Below the pieces are notes generated by a model, which saw only the letters and a list, made by a program, of their open reading frames with translations, was not told the origin of the DNA and searched no databases. The translations under genes and the position numbers were made by a program. A DNA stretch of 64,000 bases from Bilabrum cf. latius (Eukaryota), in assembly GCA_965178125.1 (NCBI GenBank), contig OZ237751.1, positions 868,001 to 932,000 on the forward strand, given 5' to 3'. Below, piece by piece: positions 36,228 to 47,800 of this stretch (position 1 is its first letter; each line of letters opens with the position of its first letter).

Positions 36228-37343
36228 CTGCCATGAATCTCGGCAATAATAATCTTATAGTATAGCAATTTAACTGTGGCCGGCCCCTACAGGCTATTTG
36301 CATTCGGCATATCGGATTTTTCTGCTCGACTGTGCATCGCATCAGTGGAGCAGGCATCATTGATCAATATTGCCATGTACATTCCGATGGCGCTTTCTAA
36401 GCTTTGTACGCGTTGACATACTGTGTATTGCTTGCCAGATTCCATGCACCTCTGAAAGGGTCCAGTCACTAGTCTTGGGAAAGCCTAGATCTAGCAAGTG
36501 GAAGGCTCCAGCTACCTTCGCAACAGCCGCCTCCGACGCCTGGGTGTCCTTGCGATGGACATGCATCCTTATGCTACACAGAGCTCCGTAGTCCTGCTCG
36601 CCCCTGATGACCACTAGCGCGCTAATCCCCGCTAGACTTGGCTGAGGTCCGCCAGCTTGTCCTGCCCGTGCCCGCGATTCGCTGCGGGCAAGCCGGCCGA
36701 CCAATGCCAAGTCTACTAGAAGTATTCGATCATTAGAATGCCATTGCCACAGCGGTTTCCCGCATGGTCCGGAGCTGGACCTGCGATGGTATCCTCCACT
36801 GGCACTCCTTGGTGCTCCCCCAATCGCGTCGAAGCATGAACCCACATTGTGTGAGGAGTTGCCCCGCTGTTGCCGAAGCGGATCGCGCGGCCGAGGAGCT
36901 CGCAGAAGGCCCTGTGCCAGAGGGTGGTTGGCCTCTGGTGGCGCTGTTCCGATTAGAGCGCGTGGAAGTGCGTGTCCACGAATGCGAGCACGAGGCCCTA
37001 CCAGCGCAGCTCGAGGGTGCCTTCTCCCGCCATGGGGTCGTGAGGTCAGGCCTCGTCGAACATGACTTGCTTCGGGTACTATTGCTCGAAGCTGTCCAGG
37101 GTCGTGGTCGGGCCATTCACCTCATCGACCACCTCCCACCACGGTGGTGAATTCCTGCAGAATCTGCAGCATGCGGCCCTCGATCTCCTCCGCAATCGCC
37201 TGGTCCCTGGCTCGAGTCACGTTCATGGGCGACTCGGACAAGAAATCCACATGCGTGGTATGATGTTGCCTAGCACCTTGATGTACGGAGAAGAGTGGAC
37301 AAGTCTCCTACGGAACGTTCATAATTGCATGCAAGATCCGATT

Positions 37344-37664
37344 TGGGCTCACTCGGCCCAGACTCCTCCAACCAGACACGCTATATCAACCCAACATTCC
37401 CACTCAATCACATCTCCTCGCCAACACCCCCCCAGCGCCCGTCTCGCGCGCTTCCCTCTGCGGCCCTTCCCGTGGCCACCTCGTCGACGTCGCCCTACCC
37501 GACATCGTCCCACCTGTTGTCTGATGATTCCCCTTTTCGAGGCGCTAATGGTACATCCGGCGCCTGGGAGCAGTGATTGCTGGCAGGGGTCAGGCTCGAC
37601 CCTGCCCAGCACTTGTTCCCTCGGGCCCCCAACCTGATGGTCAGGTACCCTCAGGACTCCCCAC
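37344..37664 (+). repeat. 321-bp direct repeat, copy 1
   Basis: Identical to 39176-39496 by eye. Confidence 0.93.
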
Positions 37665-39003
37665 GCCGGGACTCGACCTAGAGTCGGCAATCCCCCAAAA
37701 GGAAAAAAAATCAAACTGAGCTAGCCCACCCCCACGATCGCTCCCATCGCCTACCTCCTCGGCTAGGGCCTGCGTCGTGACAGAGGCTGGCGCGGTCGTC
37801 ACCCAGCTACCATTGAGGGCCAATCGCCCCACCACCCCAGTACCAGGTATAGCTGCTTTACCGCTCTTCCGCCCCACCGTGGGGGCATCAGAGCAGTGGT
37901 TAGCCGCGCAGGAATCGTCCCGCTCATGCTATGGCATTGGCTCCCTGCCGCCGCCACAGCTCCAGACTCTCCTCTCTAGCTGTGCAGACCCACACTCTGA
38001 GGCTTCGCCGTCCGGGCGTCGCTCCCAGTCCCCGCGCAATACGCCACCCCATTGGACGGGGCTCGCCAGCGTACGCGAAGGGCACTGTGTGTTCTGGGCC
38101 CGGCCACCGCCGATCATTGGCCTCACCCCTCCCCACAGCGCAGGTACCAGGCATCCGGATGTACGTTCTGCCGTTTCGGCCCGTGCCATCGTTCAACGTA
38201 GGTCCTGCGAGTGTACGAGGACAGAGCGACCAGGTGTGTGCGTTCCGGTGTAAGACCAACGCGCCACCCTGGCTGACATTCATCAACCGCACTATTGCGG
38301 CCGCCCTGCCTTCCGATGGCTAGCATTGCGCTGCCACCGGCGGGTTCTCGCTGTTACTGCAGGCCCTCTGCAGCTCCAGCATTAGCTTCCGATCGTCGCG
38401 TCGCCTCCCTGGCTCGCACGTTCAAGTGCGTTGCGCGGATGTAAGATCTCTCCCATTCCGTGCGAGCCTCGCCTTTACTCAGCTTTTACACGAGAACCTG
38501 CTCCAAGGCTGGTATGGCGCAACTGCCAACGTAAGTATACTCTCCTACAGGTCAAGTCTGGGTCTGCCCAACCGTGGGTGACGTTCCAGTCCCGAGCTGC
38601 AAGACTCAGCGTTTGCTGTTATTGAGCAACGGAGGGGCACATAGCGGCTAGCTGGCGTGCGCCCTCTCGGAGTATACCTAGTTGTTAGTCGCACCACACG
38701 CCCCCCGGTGCAGGCCGCCGTGTCTGCAGTCGATGTGGCTCCTGCCATACTCCCTCCATCTGGGTTCCCGCAACTTTTCCTGCGGTTGCTGGTCCCAACC
38801 TCGGCTGCCATCGCAACCCCTCTTCTCGACTCTACTCTTCAGCTTCCTAACCACCCCTGTAGCTGCTGGTACATGGTCGCATGTTGCCCAGCTCACCGGT
38901 CCGACTTTGGGCCGCTCGCTCATCTTTTCCGATAAAGAGCCCTCTCCCGTCAGCCGATCCAAATCCGTTAGGGTATCGCGTTGTCTCCCTGGGAGAGCAC
39001 CAG

Positions 39004-39175
39004 AAAATAAAAATAAAAATAAAAATCGCGCTCGGCCTCGGGAAATCCTCCCGAAGTGACTGAGCGGTCACGCTGGTTGATACACGCCGCGCATGGTCGG
39101 TGTAGCGGATCCTCGCAGCCCACTCGTCACGGTCGCAGGTCTGATTAATCACCAGTAGACGCTACCGTAGTCCCA
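39004..39175 (-). mobile_element. ~170-bp element made of the joined 5' and 3' termini of the neighbouring retrotransposon, with an (ATTTTT)n tail
   Basis: 39102-39175 matches 51001-51074, and 39017-39105 matches 41867-41955. The halves overlap at GTAG/CTAC. The tail is longer here than at 41867. Confidence 0.8.
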
Positions 39176-39496
39176 TGGGCTCACTCGGCCCAGACTCCTC
39201 CAACCAGACACGCTATATCAACCCAACATTCCCACTCAATCACATCTCCTCGCCAACACCCCCCCAGCGCCCGTCTCGCGCGCTTCCCTCTGCGGCCCTT
39301 CCCGTGGCCACCTCGTCGACGTCGCCCTACCCGACATCGTCCCACCTGTTGTCTGATGATTCCCCTTTTCGAGGCGCTAATGGTACATCCGGCGCCTGGG
39401 AGCAGTGATTGCTGGCAGGGGTCAGGCTCGACCCTGCCCAGCACTTGTTCCCTCGGGCCCCCAACCTGATGGTCAGGTACCCTCAGGACTCCCCAC
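39176..39496 (+). repeat. 321-bp direct repeat, copy 2 (abuts the short retro-element)
   Basis: Identical to 37344-37664; offset 1832 bp. Confidence 0.93.
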
Positions 39497-40069
39497 TTGG
39501 CCCGAGGGACCCCTGGGTTCCCCAGCATGCTTGGAAGCTGGGGCCCCCACCCCACCACTTGGTCCTCGGGCCCTTGCCCGCACGGTGGTCTCGCTGCGGG
39601 ACACTGCCGTAGCCCTCTTCGGACAGCCCATGCTAGCTCAGCGGATGCGAACCAACGCGACTGCCCCTCTGTGCCTCCCTTGGCAATCTGCGGCAGGGTG
39701 TAGTCGTGTATACAAACCGGAAACGAGCCTCAGTGAGACCGACGTAGCCGCCTGCTCGGCTCTGAACGCTCCGGTCCAATATTGACCCCCAAGCTATCAA
39801 CCTTAACACCCTCCCACTCCACAACACGCCAAAGTGTTTCGCCCTATTGACCATGCACTCTAGCGCAACCCAGTCCACCAGGTGACGAAGCCGAGCTCAT
39901 CTCAATCAAGTCCGGTGTTACGCACAACAAGCAGTACAAGAGTATGGCGGGTCACGGGTAGGTGCTGTGTGAAAAGAAAGGTAAAAAAAGCGGGTGCGAG
40001 ACCGATAGCAGCAATAAAACAACAGCCACTACCAAACACCGGACTACACAAGAGCTAATGGCTACCATC

Positions 40070-41450
40070 ACCCGGCAGCCTTGAGGTGACAAGCAAGATG
40101 AGCACTGGTCAGCAAGGAAACAGGTGCTCACGCCACAACGCGCCATCCTACTTCACAGCAAGCACAGCCTACCCCACCCACAAACACATGCAGGCGAAAG
40201 ACTCATGACAAGCTCAAAGAGCACGCGCCTCCTCCGACGGCCGCGCTCTCCCTCGGCCACAGCCACCCGCTCCTCCTGCCCAGCTCCCCTTTCAAACATG
40301 GGGACAGCATACAAGCGACATCGCAGGGCCACCGCCACACCGGCAGCCTTGAGATGACAAGCAAGATGCGCACTGGTCAGCAAGGAAACAGGCGCTCACA
40401 CCACAACGCGCCATCCTACTCCACAGCAAGCACAGCCTACCCCACACACAAACACATGCAGGCGACAGACTCATGACAAGCTCAAAGAGCACGCGCCTCC
40501 TCCGACGGCCGCGCTCTCCCTCGGCCACAGCCACCCGCTCCTCCTGCCCAGCTCCCCTTTCAAACATGGGGACAGCATACAAGCGACATCGCAGGGCCAC
40601 CGCCACACCGGCAGCCTTGAGACGACAAGCAAGATGCGCACTGGTCAGCAAGGAAACAGGCGCTCACACCACAACGCGCCATCCTACTCCACAGCAAGCA
40701 CAGCCTATCCCACACACAAACACATGCAGGCGAAAGACTCATGACAAGCTCAAAGAGCACGCGCCTCCTCCGACGGCCGCTCTCTCCCTCGGCCACAGCC
40801 ACCCGCTCCTCCTGCCCAGCTCCCCTTTCAAACATGGGGACAGCATACAAGCGACATCGCAGGGCCACCGCCACACCGGCAGCCTTGAGATGACAAGCAA
40901 GATGCGCACTGGTCTGCAAGGAAACAGGCGCTCACACCACAACGCGCCATCCTACTCCAAAGCAAGCACAGCCTATCCCACACACAAACACATGCAGGCG
41001 ACAGACTCATGACAAGCTCAAAGAGCACGCGCCTCCTCCGACGGCCGCGCTCTCCCTCGGCCACAGCCACCCGCTCCTCCTGCCCAGCTCCCCTTTCAAA
41101 CATGGGGACAGCATACAAGCGACATCGCAGGGCCACCGCCACACCGGCAGCCTTGAGATGACAAGCAAGATGCGCACTGGTCTGCAAGGAAACAGGCGCT
41201 CGCACCACAACGCGCCATCCTACTCCAAAGCAAGCACAGCCTACCCCACACACAAACACATGCAGGCGAAAGACTCATGACAAGCTCAAAGAGCACGCGC
41301 CTCCTCCGACGGCCGCTCTCTCCCTCGGCCACAGCCACCCGCTCCTCCTGCCCAGCTCCCCTTTCAAACATGGGGACAGCATACAAGCGACATCGCAGGG
41401 CCACCGGCCCACCGGCAGCCTTGAGATGACAAGCAAGATGCGTACTGGTC
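40070..41450. repeat. 268-bp tandem satellite, ~5.2 copies
   Basis: ttgagatgacaagcaagatg recurs at ~40081, 40349, 40617, 40885, 41153 and 41421. The period is not a multiple of 3. Confidence 0.95.
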
Positions 41451-41866
41451 CGGTAGTAAAACGAGGTCGTCCGGCCTCGAGTTCTTTGTTTTCCCCCCAA
41501 AATACATATTACCTGCCATATTCCTGTCGCGAATATGCGTTCAACATGTTGCTGGGTTCCTTATCGCGCGAAAACGTTTATCGCGAGAGACGTCGCGGGC
41601 TGTAAGCGTGCAATATATTCAGCGGTTCACACCCCGGTCGTTCTTTCTTGGCCCTTGTGCGTCAATTCCCATTTAACTGGAGCAAGGCACTGGCGTGATA
41701 GGCACTATTTATGCTTATCCACGCGAAACTGCGTCTAAGGTACAACATGGCTCTCTGTTCGTAGGGCCAGATGCCCGCAATCGTGCGTTGCTACTGCGTC
41801 TCGCCGCCTGCCTCATAGTTACTTGCTTGCGTATAATATACTCCCATGCTGAGTGCGGTCTTTTTG

Positions 41867-44800
41867 AAATAAAAATCGCGCTCGGCCTCGGGAAATCCTC
41901 CCGAAGTGACTGAGCGGTCACGCTGGTTGATACACGCCGCGCATGGTCGGTGTAGAGAGAGAGAGAGAAAATAGAGTTTTCGCACGCAATTCAATACCAG
42001 AGACAATCCGAGGACTGCCACCAAAGTAACGCGCACCTTAACAGGGGACCCAGCTGTACCCGCGTTGGCGGAGCCAGTCAGGACCTGAAAAGGCCTCTGA
42101 AGAAATAGTTGGTCTGGTTAAGACCGATACATGCCTAGGACCCGTGTCCTAAGCGCACCGCGTTGAGATCTCCTGGGAGTCAGACCCAGTCGAACGTCCG
42201 CAGTGAGGGAGCATGCGCGAGGAAGGCCTGGCGAGGCGTGAGGCGTTCAGCCTCTCGCCACCAGACCGCCACATAGTCCGCCTCTAGGACTTGTTGCCTG
42301 CTCCAGATCCGGGAGCGTGCTAGCCTTGCCGTTCCCTTCGCCCAGATGCGTTCTAGCACCTGAAGCTCCTTGCTGAGGGCGCAACGGCCCAGCGTTCCTG
42401 TCATCCACTCTCCGATGAACTAGTTCTCGGAGGGATTCAGTATGTGTCCGAGCGGGTGGGCTCGGATTGCAAGGTCTCGGGCTGTTGGGCTGCCCGAGCT
42501 GAGTTGTTCAGCTACGCACAGTTGGCAGGACTACAACCCCTCGATGGCTCGTCCGAAGCTCTCATTGGCCCTCTGCTACAAGCGTCGGATTGCACGTCGG
42601 CACCGTTCTTGGAGTTGTTCGAGGGTGCCTTGGACGATAGAGAGCTCCAAGGAGTCTGCGTCCCCTCGGTGTTCCTGTGTCAGCACCTGCTCCGTTTTGA
42701 CGTGTTCCATCCATAGTGCTCTCCCCACTGCCGTGGGTGCCCAGGGTACGTCCGTGTGCGTGGCTTCCGCGCGCATCATTTCGGCCTGTACCGAGCGTTC
42801 TCCTCTGTGGTGCATGGTCCCTTCCCGAGGGTAACGCCCAGTGAGCCATCGTAGGATGAGGCGGCCGTCTCGGCCTCGCCAGGTGCTCCGTGCTATCGCC
42901 GGCATGGCCGAAGGGCCGAGGATCCGGGAATTGTCCAAACCGATGCAGCTCTGTAGGTATTTCATGCCTACAGAGTCCTCGTCAAACTTTGCCCAGGCGT
43001 CTGTCGCTACCGGGTGCATCGTTTCTGCTTCGCGCAGTATACCGGCAGCGTGCGTGCTGGAGCTCGACTTCAGCAGTGCAGTCGCGTCCCGTAGGATATA
43101 CGGGCACAGCCACGAGGTGAACGTTCGTTTCAGCTGCTTGCGGTTCTTGGTGTTGAAGATCATCTGGAAGACGGACTGGTCTCGTGCGCCATGTTGGCAC
43201 CTGTAGACTGCGGCCATGTTCGCCATAGGTCCCTGGGCACTAGGTTCGTGCTTGACCATGTACCACGCGGTTAGCTGCATGTGGGCAGGCGTGTCTCCGC
43301 TCAGCAGCACCAGTGAGCAGCCGTACGCCTGTGAGACAGCTCTGGCCATCGCGTCGGCCGGCCAGACCAGCGCCCTGACCGTGTCCTTCGGCAGGAAACG
43401 GCCACCTCCTTTCTTAGGAAGTCGGGGGGCTGCTTCGACCAGGGCGGCCCTGGCACAGTCTAGGACCTCGTCGACAATGTTCAAAGCTGCCTTGTTCCAG
43501 ACTATACCTGGTACGTAGGTGCATTTCACTGTCTTGCGTTTTAGCTCCTGCTCGAAGCCTGCTGGTGCCGCTGAGAGGTGGAGGTCTTGCAGCACCGTCC
43601 CGTAGACTGCACTGTACAGGATCGAGGACAGCTGTGCAAGGCTCCAGTCAGAGTTCACGGCTGCTTGGCAGATGTCCGCAATGCTTCGTCTTGCCTTGCC
43701 GGCTTGCCTCTCCAAGTGTTTCACTGGGTCCAGGACGTGGAGCTGTCTAGTACTTCCGTCGGCCATTTTGACCGGTGCCCGTCTGGTGTGTAGACGGAAG
43801 CCGAGGTAGTCGTACTTGTGGACCAGTCGGATTGGCTCCAGTGGTGCCGTGGCTAGAGTGCCAGGAAGTTGCTCTTGGATCCTGAGATTGAGCTCCTCTG
43901 GGGTGAATGCAACTGCACGTCCGCTTTCCACGTCGTCGTCAGTTGCTTCGAACGCCTCACGGGTCAGTCCGGTCGCCATCACAGCTGTCTTGCTCGTGTA
44001 GCCATTGCTGACTGCTCTTACGCCCAACTCATGGCCAGACTCATGGTGTCCAATGGAGAGCACTGCTACAGCCGTCAGCGAGCCGCTCTTGCACAACATA
44101 GTGACGCAGGTGTCGTCCGCGTACAGCGTCTGTGGCTCCTTCTGTGCGATGTCCCAATCGGCTGTCAGTGGTGCCGCTTGCGGTCCTGCGCACACCTGCC
44201 TGACGTACTCGTTCGCAGGTACCATTGATACCGCGAAGCCATCTGGGGAGATGGGATCTCCCTGGCATGTCCCCTTTCCTCGCTCGAATGGTTCCGATCG
44301 GGTGTTGCTTGGGCGGTGGTACACCTCCGCTTTAGCTTTCATCCTATTGACGAATGCACTCGAAGCGGTCGCGCTCAGTCCAGCCTTCTCTAGCGTGTAC
44401 CGCATGATAGGCCATTGGACTCGGTCGAATGCTGCTTTCAAGTCTCCGAACAGGAGCACGAGGCCCTGCTTCCCCGCGGTGAAGGTCTGCTGCAGGATCT
44501 TCAGGATTGCGATCACTCGGTCACGGCGCAGCGTGAAGCCGAACTGCGAGGCTCCTTTCGTTTGGCGTTGAGCCATGACTTCCTGGCAGTTGCCCAGCAG
44601 GATGATGCCCAATACCTTTGCAATCACGTCTGCGTACTAGATGCATCTGTAGTCACTGCATCGGAAGTCACGGTCGTCCGGCTTGCCTTTGAAGGCTGGT
44701 GCAATGAAAGTGCGCAAGAGGGTCAGCGGGTACTATCCGCACACCATTGCGCAATTGTGGATAGCTTGAAGGGCCTTGAGGAGTGTCAGAGGGTACTTGC

Positions 44801-47800
44801 GTTCTCCGTCGGCGAAATCGAATGTGAGTCTGATTGCGCGTGTTGGCACCCCGCTCGGCCCCGTAGCCTTTCCGGACTTCAACTACTTGATTGCAGTCGA
44901 GATGTGTTCCTCGGCAGCGTCATCAGTCACCAGCATGCCGATTTTCGGGGATGTTGGCATGTGTTGGCCCAGGACCTCGATGAATCTTGAGAGACCCTCA
45001 TCAGTGGACGTGTCCACTGTGTTGGCCGTTGCGTTGGTAGCGCTACTGGAGTAGTATGCCGCGTGGGCGTCCACTGCCTCCTAGGCATTGGAGGTCCGTG
45101 TCCCGTCTTCGCGGTCCACCATTGCAATAGCTCGTTGCTTTGATCTTCTGGCCCCGAGTTGGCTCGATATCGTGCGGTACGCCTCGCGGGCAGGTAGGAC
45201 CTTCAGAGCTTGTTGGAGTGCGTGGGCATCGCAGCGGATACGATCTCTGGTGAGACGTGTCACTGATATCGTGTCACTTCCTGCAGCTGCAACTACTCGT
45301 TGAAGCACCATCTTGTTCGCGAGGTTGCTCGGTTGTAGGTCTGCGGGGGCCAGGGAGGACAGTGCAGTCGGGAGCAGATGCTTGCCCCAATCGCAATTGG
45401 TCGCTACCCTAGCCTGTACCCGTCGTCGCAGTTTGCTGATCCTTTTGATCATGGCATTGGCCTCTGGGCACTTGCCAGACCCAATCTCCCGTATTGACGT
45501 CTCGCGCCTGTCTGCGTGCTTGCTTTTGATCTTACGCAGCAGGGAGGCAGCTGTGTCCCGGATGCAGACAGTCTCGGTCAGAAGGGATGCGTCCTTGTGT
45601 CGCTGGAGTCTTGCTCTTTGGGCCCTTTTTACCATGCGAGAGATCTTCGCACGGTGCTGGAGGCGGCTGCGTGGGGCTGCTTGTTGGCGCTGGGCTGGTC
45701 CAACCGCGGCCTCGCAGGCTTTGGAGTCACAGTCTGCCAGCGTGGAGACCAGATGTTCCAGTACTGTCGTGGCTTGGCCAAGGATGCTGGCCTTTTCATC
45801 TCCTCCCGCTCCCGAGTCTTCACCTAGTGTCAGGGCTGCTGTGCTCGCCTGCTTGCTCAGCTCCATCAGCTATGGCTATTCGGCCAGCAACTGTGCCATC
45901 TTCCTGCGGTATCGGCGGACCTGGGCTTTGGTACGTGGTCTCCGTAGCTTGTCTGGCGCCGTGTCTAGGGTAGCACTTGGATCGTTGTAGACTTGTGACC
46001 TGGTAGTCTCTACCCTCATGGCTACGGGTGAGTGATCCTAAGATCCGGGATTTCGAAGGACTGCACCTCCTGTCCAGAGCGCTGACCCAGCGAGGCCCAC
46101 GTCTAGGCAATTACCTCCGCCATGTGTTGGCATCCACGGGGTCCGAAGGCTCAGACACGGTTCACCGTCCTCCCTGGTGGGGGCGTCCTCCATGATGTCC
46201 GCTTCTCGGTGCGTGTTCAGGTCGCCAATCAAGACGGTCTGATCCAGGTCAAACTCGAACCTTTGCCCATTGCTTGTAGTCCAACCTGTTTGCATGCACC
46301 TAAGTAGGCGCTTATAGTCCCCGCGATGCTCGCCGTCGAGGGGGTTGTAGCATCCAACTGCGTGAACTGTGCGGCTCCCTGCGACTGTCACATTGACGAT
46401 GAGGCAGTCCCGGATGTCCTGGGGCATATCTGCTGGCTGAATGGGGCAGAACTTGGTCATTAGTCGTGAGTTTGTGTTCCAGACCGCCGCAACCCCATGA
46501 GTGCCTCCTTCCGTGGGTGTTAGCCACACGCCTCTGTACGTCAGGTTTGGCACTGCAAGTGGCAGTAGCTTCTGGTCCATGGACGAGTCAGAGCTTCGGC
46601 CGTACTCCGTCATGAACAGCAAGTCAGGGGCTTGCGTTAGTTGGAGTGCACGCTCGATGGTACTCAGTTTCCTCGACTTGTTGACATTCAGGTGGCCGCA
46701 GCGGAATTCTTGGGGGCGATGTGCCGCTTCCCAGGTAGTGGTCCAGTGCTTGGCAAGAGTCATTTCGTTCTCAGGAGTCATCTACTTGTGTGAGATGGCA
46801 CGGACTGTCTAGGCTGGGTCATCTCGGGCTTCTATCTCATGTCGCCGGTACTCTCGGTGTTCCCTGATGCGTCGTGATGGTGTAATGGTCCGTCTTGTCC
46901 CCGCGTATCCGACTGTGGACCGGTTCAGGTAGTCGCGGTTGCCGATCGCCGCTGTCTCCGGCCGACCTCGGCGGTCAGAGGAGAAAGCTGGCACCTCCAG
47001 TGTGCCGTTCTTACATTGTCTGTATAGTTCTCTGTCGTGCTAGTCCACGAGCTCGGACTCGCTGCCCTCACAAAGGCTCTTGAACAGGCTCTCCGAGGGG
47101 AACATGTCGTATGCCACTCTTGGTAGTTCCCGTCCGGCAATCTTGTCGAATGATCCTGCGTTGATCGACTTGGCCAGGGCTGCACGCTGCGCCTTCGAAG
47201 GGCTGCCCCAGAATCCTACTGCTGCGATGAACTTGTGTCCAAGACGTGGGCCTGGAGCTTTGTCGAACTTCGCCGGTGCGTAGGAGCCCAGGGTTAGACG
47301 TCGGAGTGTATTCGCAGAGATGTCCTCCCTGGTACCGTTTGCTACGCCGTCGACGTACAGGTATGGAGTCCTCTGTTCGCTGGCCATGGCCGTCGGCGAG
47401 GCCTTCATCGTGATGATCGAAGCGGCGTGGTCGATGCTGAGCAGGAGGACTCGAGAGGGAAGCTTCAGGTCAGGACCGTCGATGGCCCTTCTCATGCTGT
47501 GTAGGAGGCTGGATACGCCCATGTCTGGGCTGGCCACCATTGGTCTGCACCACGTGTGGTCGTATCCATCCGCCGAGGCAAGGCGGGCCACTGCTGTCAG
47601 CATCCTCCCAATGGTGGTGCACCTATTTGCCGAAACGATGCAGTTGTCCGAGTCCTACAGGCGGCATGCCTACTGCATTGAGAGGGGGACAGCGCTGACG
47701 ACCTGAAGGGCAAGCGTATGACACTGTTTAGCTGGGAGCCTGTACGATCCGACGACATGGTCTCCGGAGCTCTACCAATTCAGGAGGGCCTCTCCAGACG

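Noticed and set aside
35902-36236. Ciliate-type code (TAA also Gln)
   Set aside because: No in-frame TAA in the intact long genes despite frequent CAA and TAG. The RIIa gene's TAA alone is weak evidence because a TGA follows three codons later.
36357-37330. Possible minus-strand gene
   Set aside because: Protein-like stretches switch frames and contain TAA/TGA, with no recognisable domain. Probably a decayed fragment.
39004-39175. tRNA, 5S, U2, SRP RNA or HDV ribozyme identity for the 170-bp unit
   Set aside because: Only brief resemblances (ATCGCGCTCGGCC to U2, GTAGTCCCA to Alu/SRP). No cloverleaf, B-box or HDV pairing could be built by eye.
42180-42600. C-terminal restriction-like endonuclease (Dualen-type dual endonuclease)
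   Set aside because: No PD-(D/E)xK motif was visible after the CQLC.
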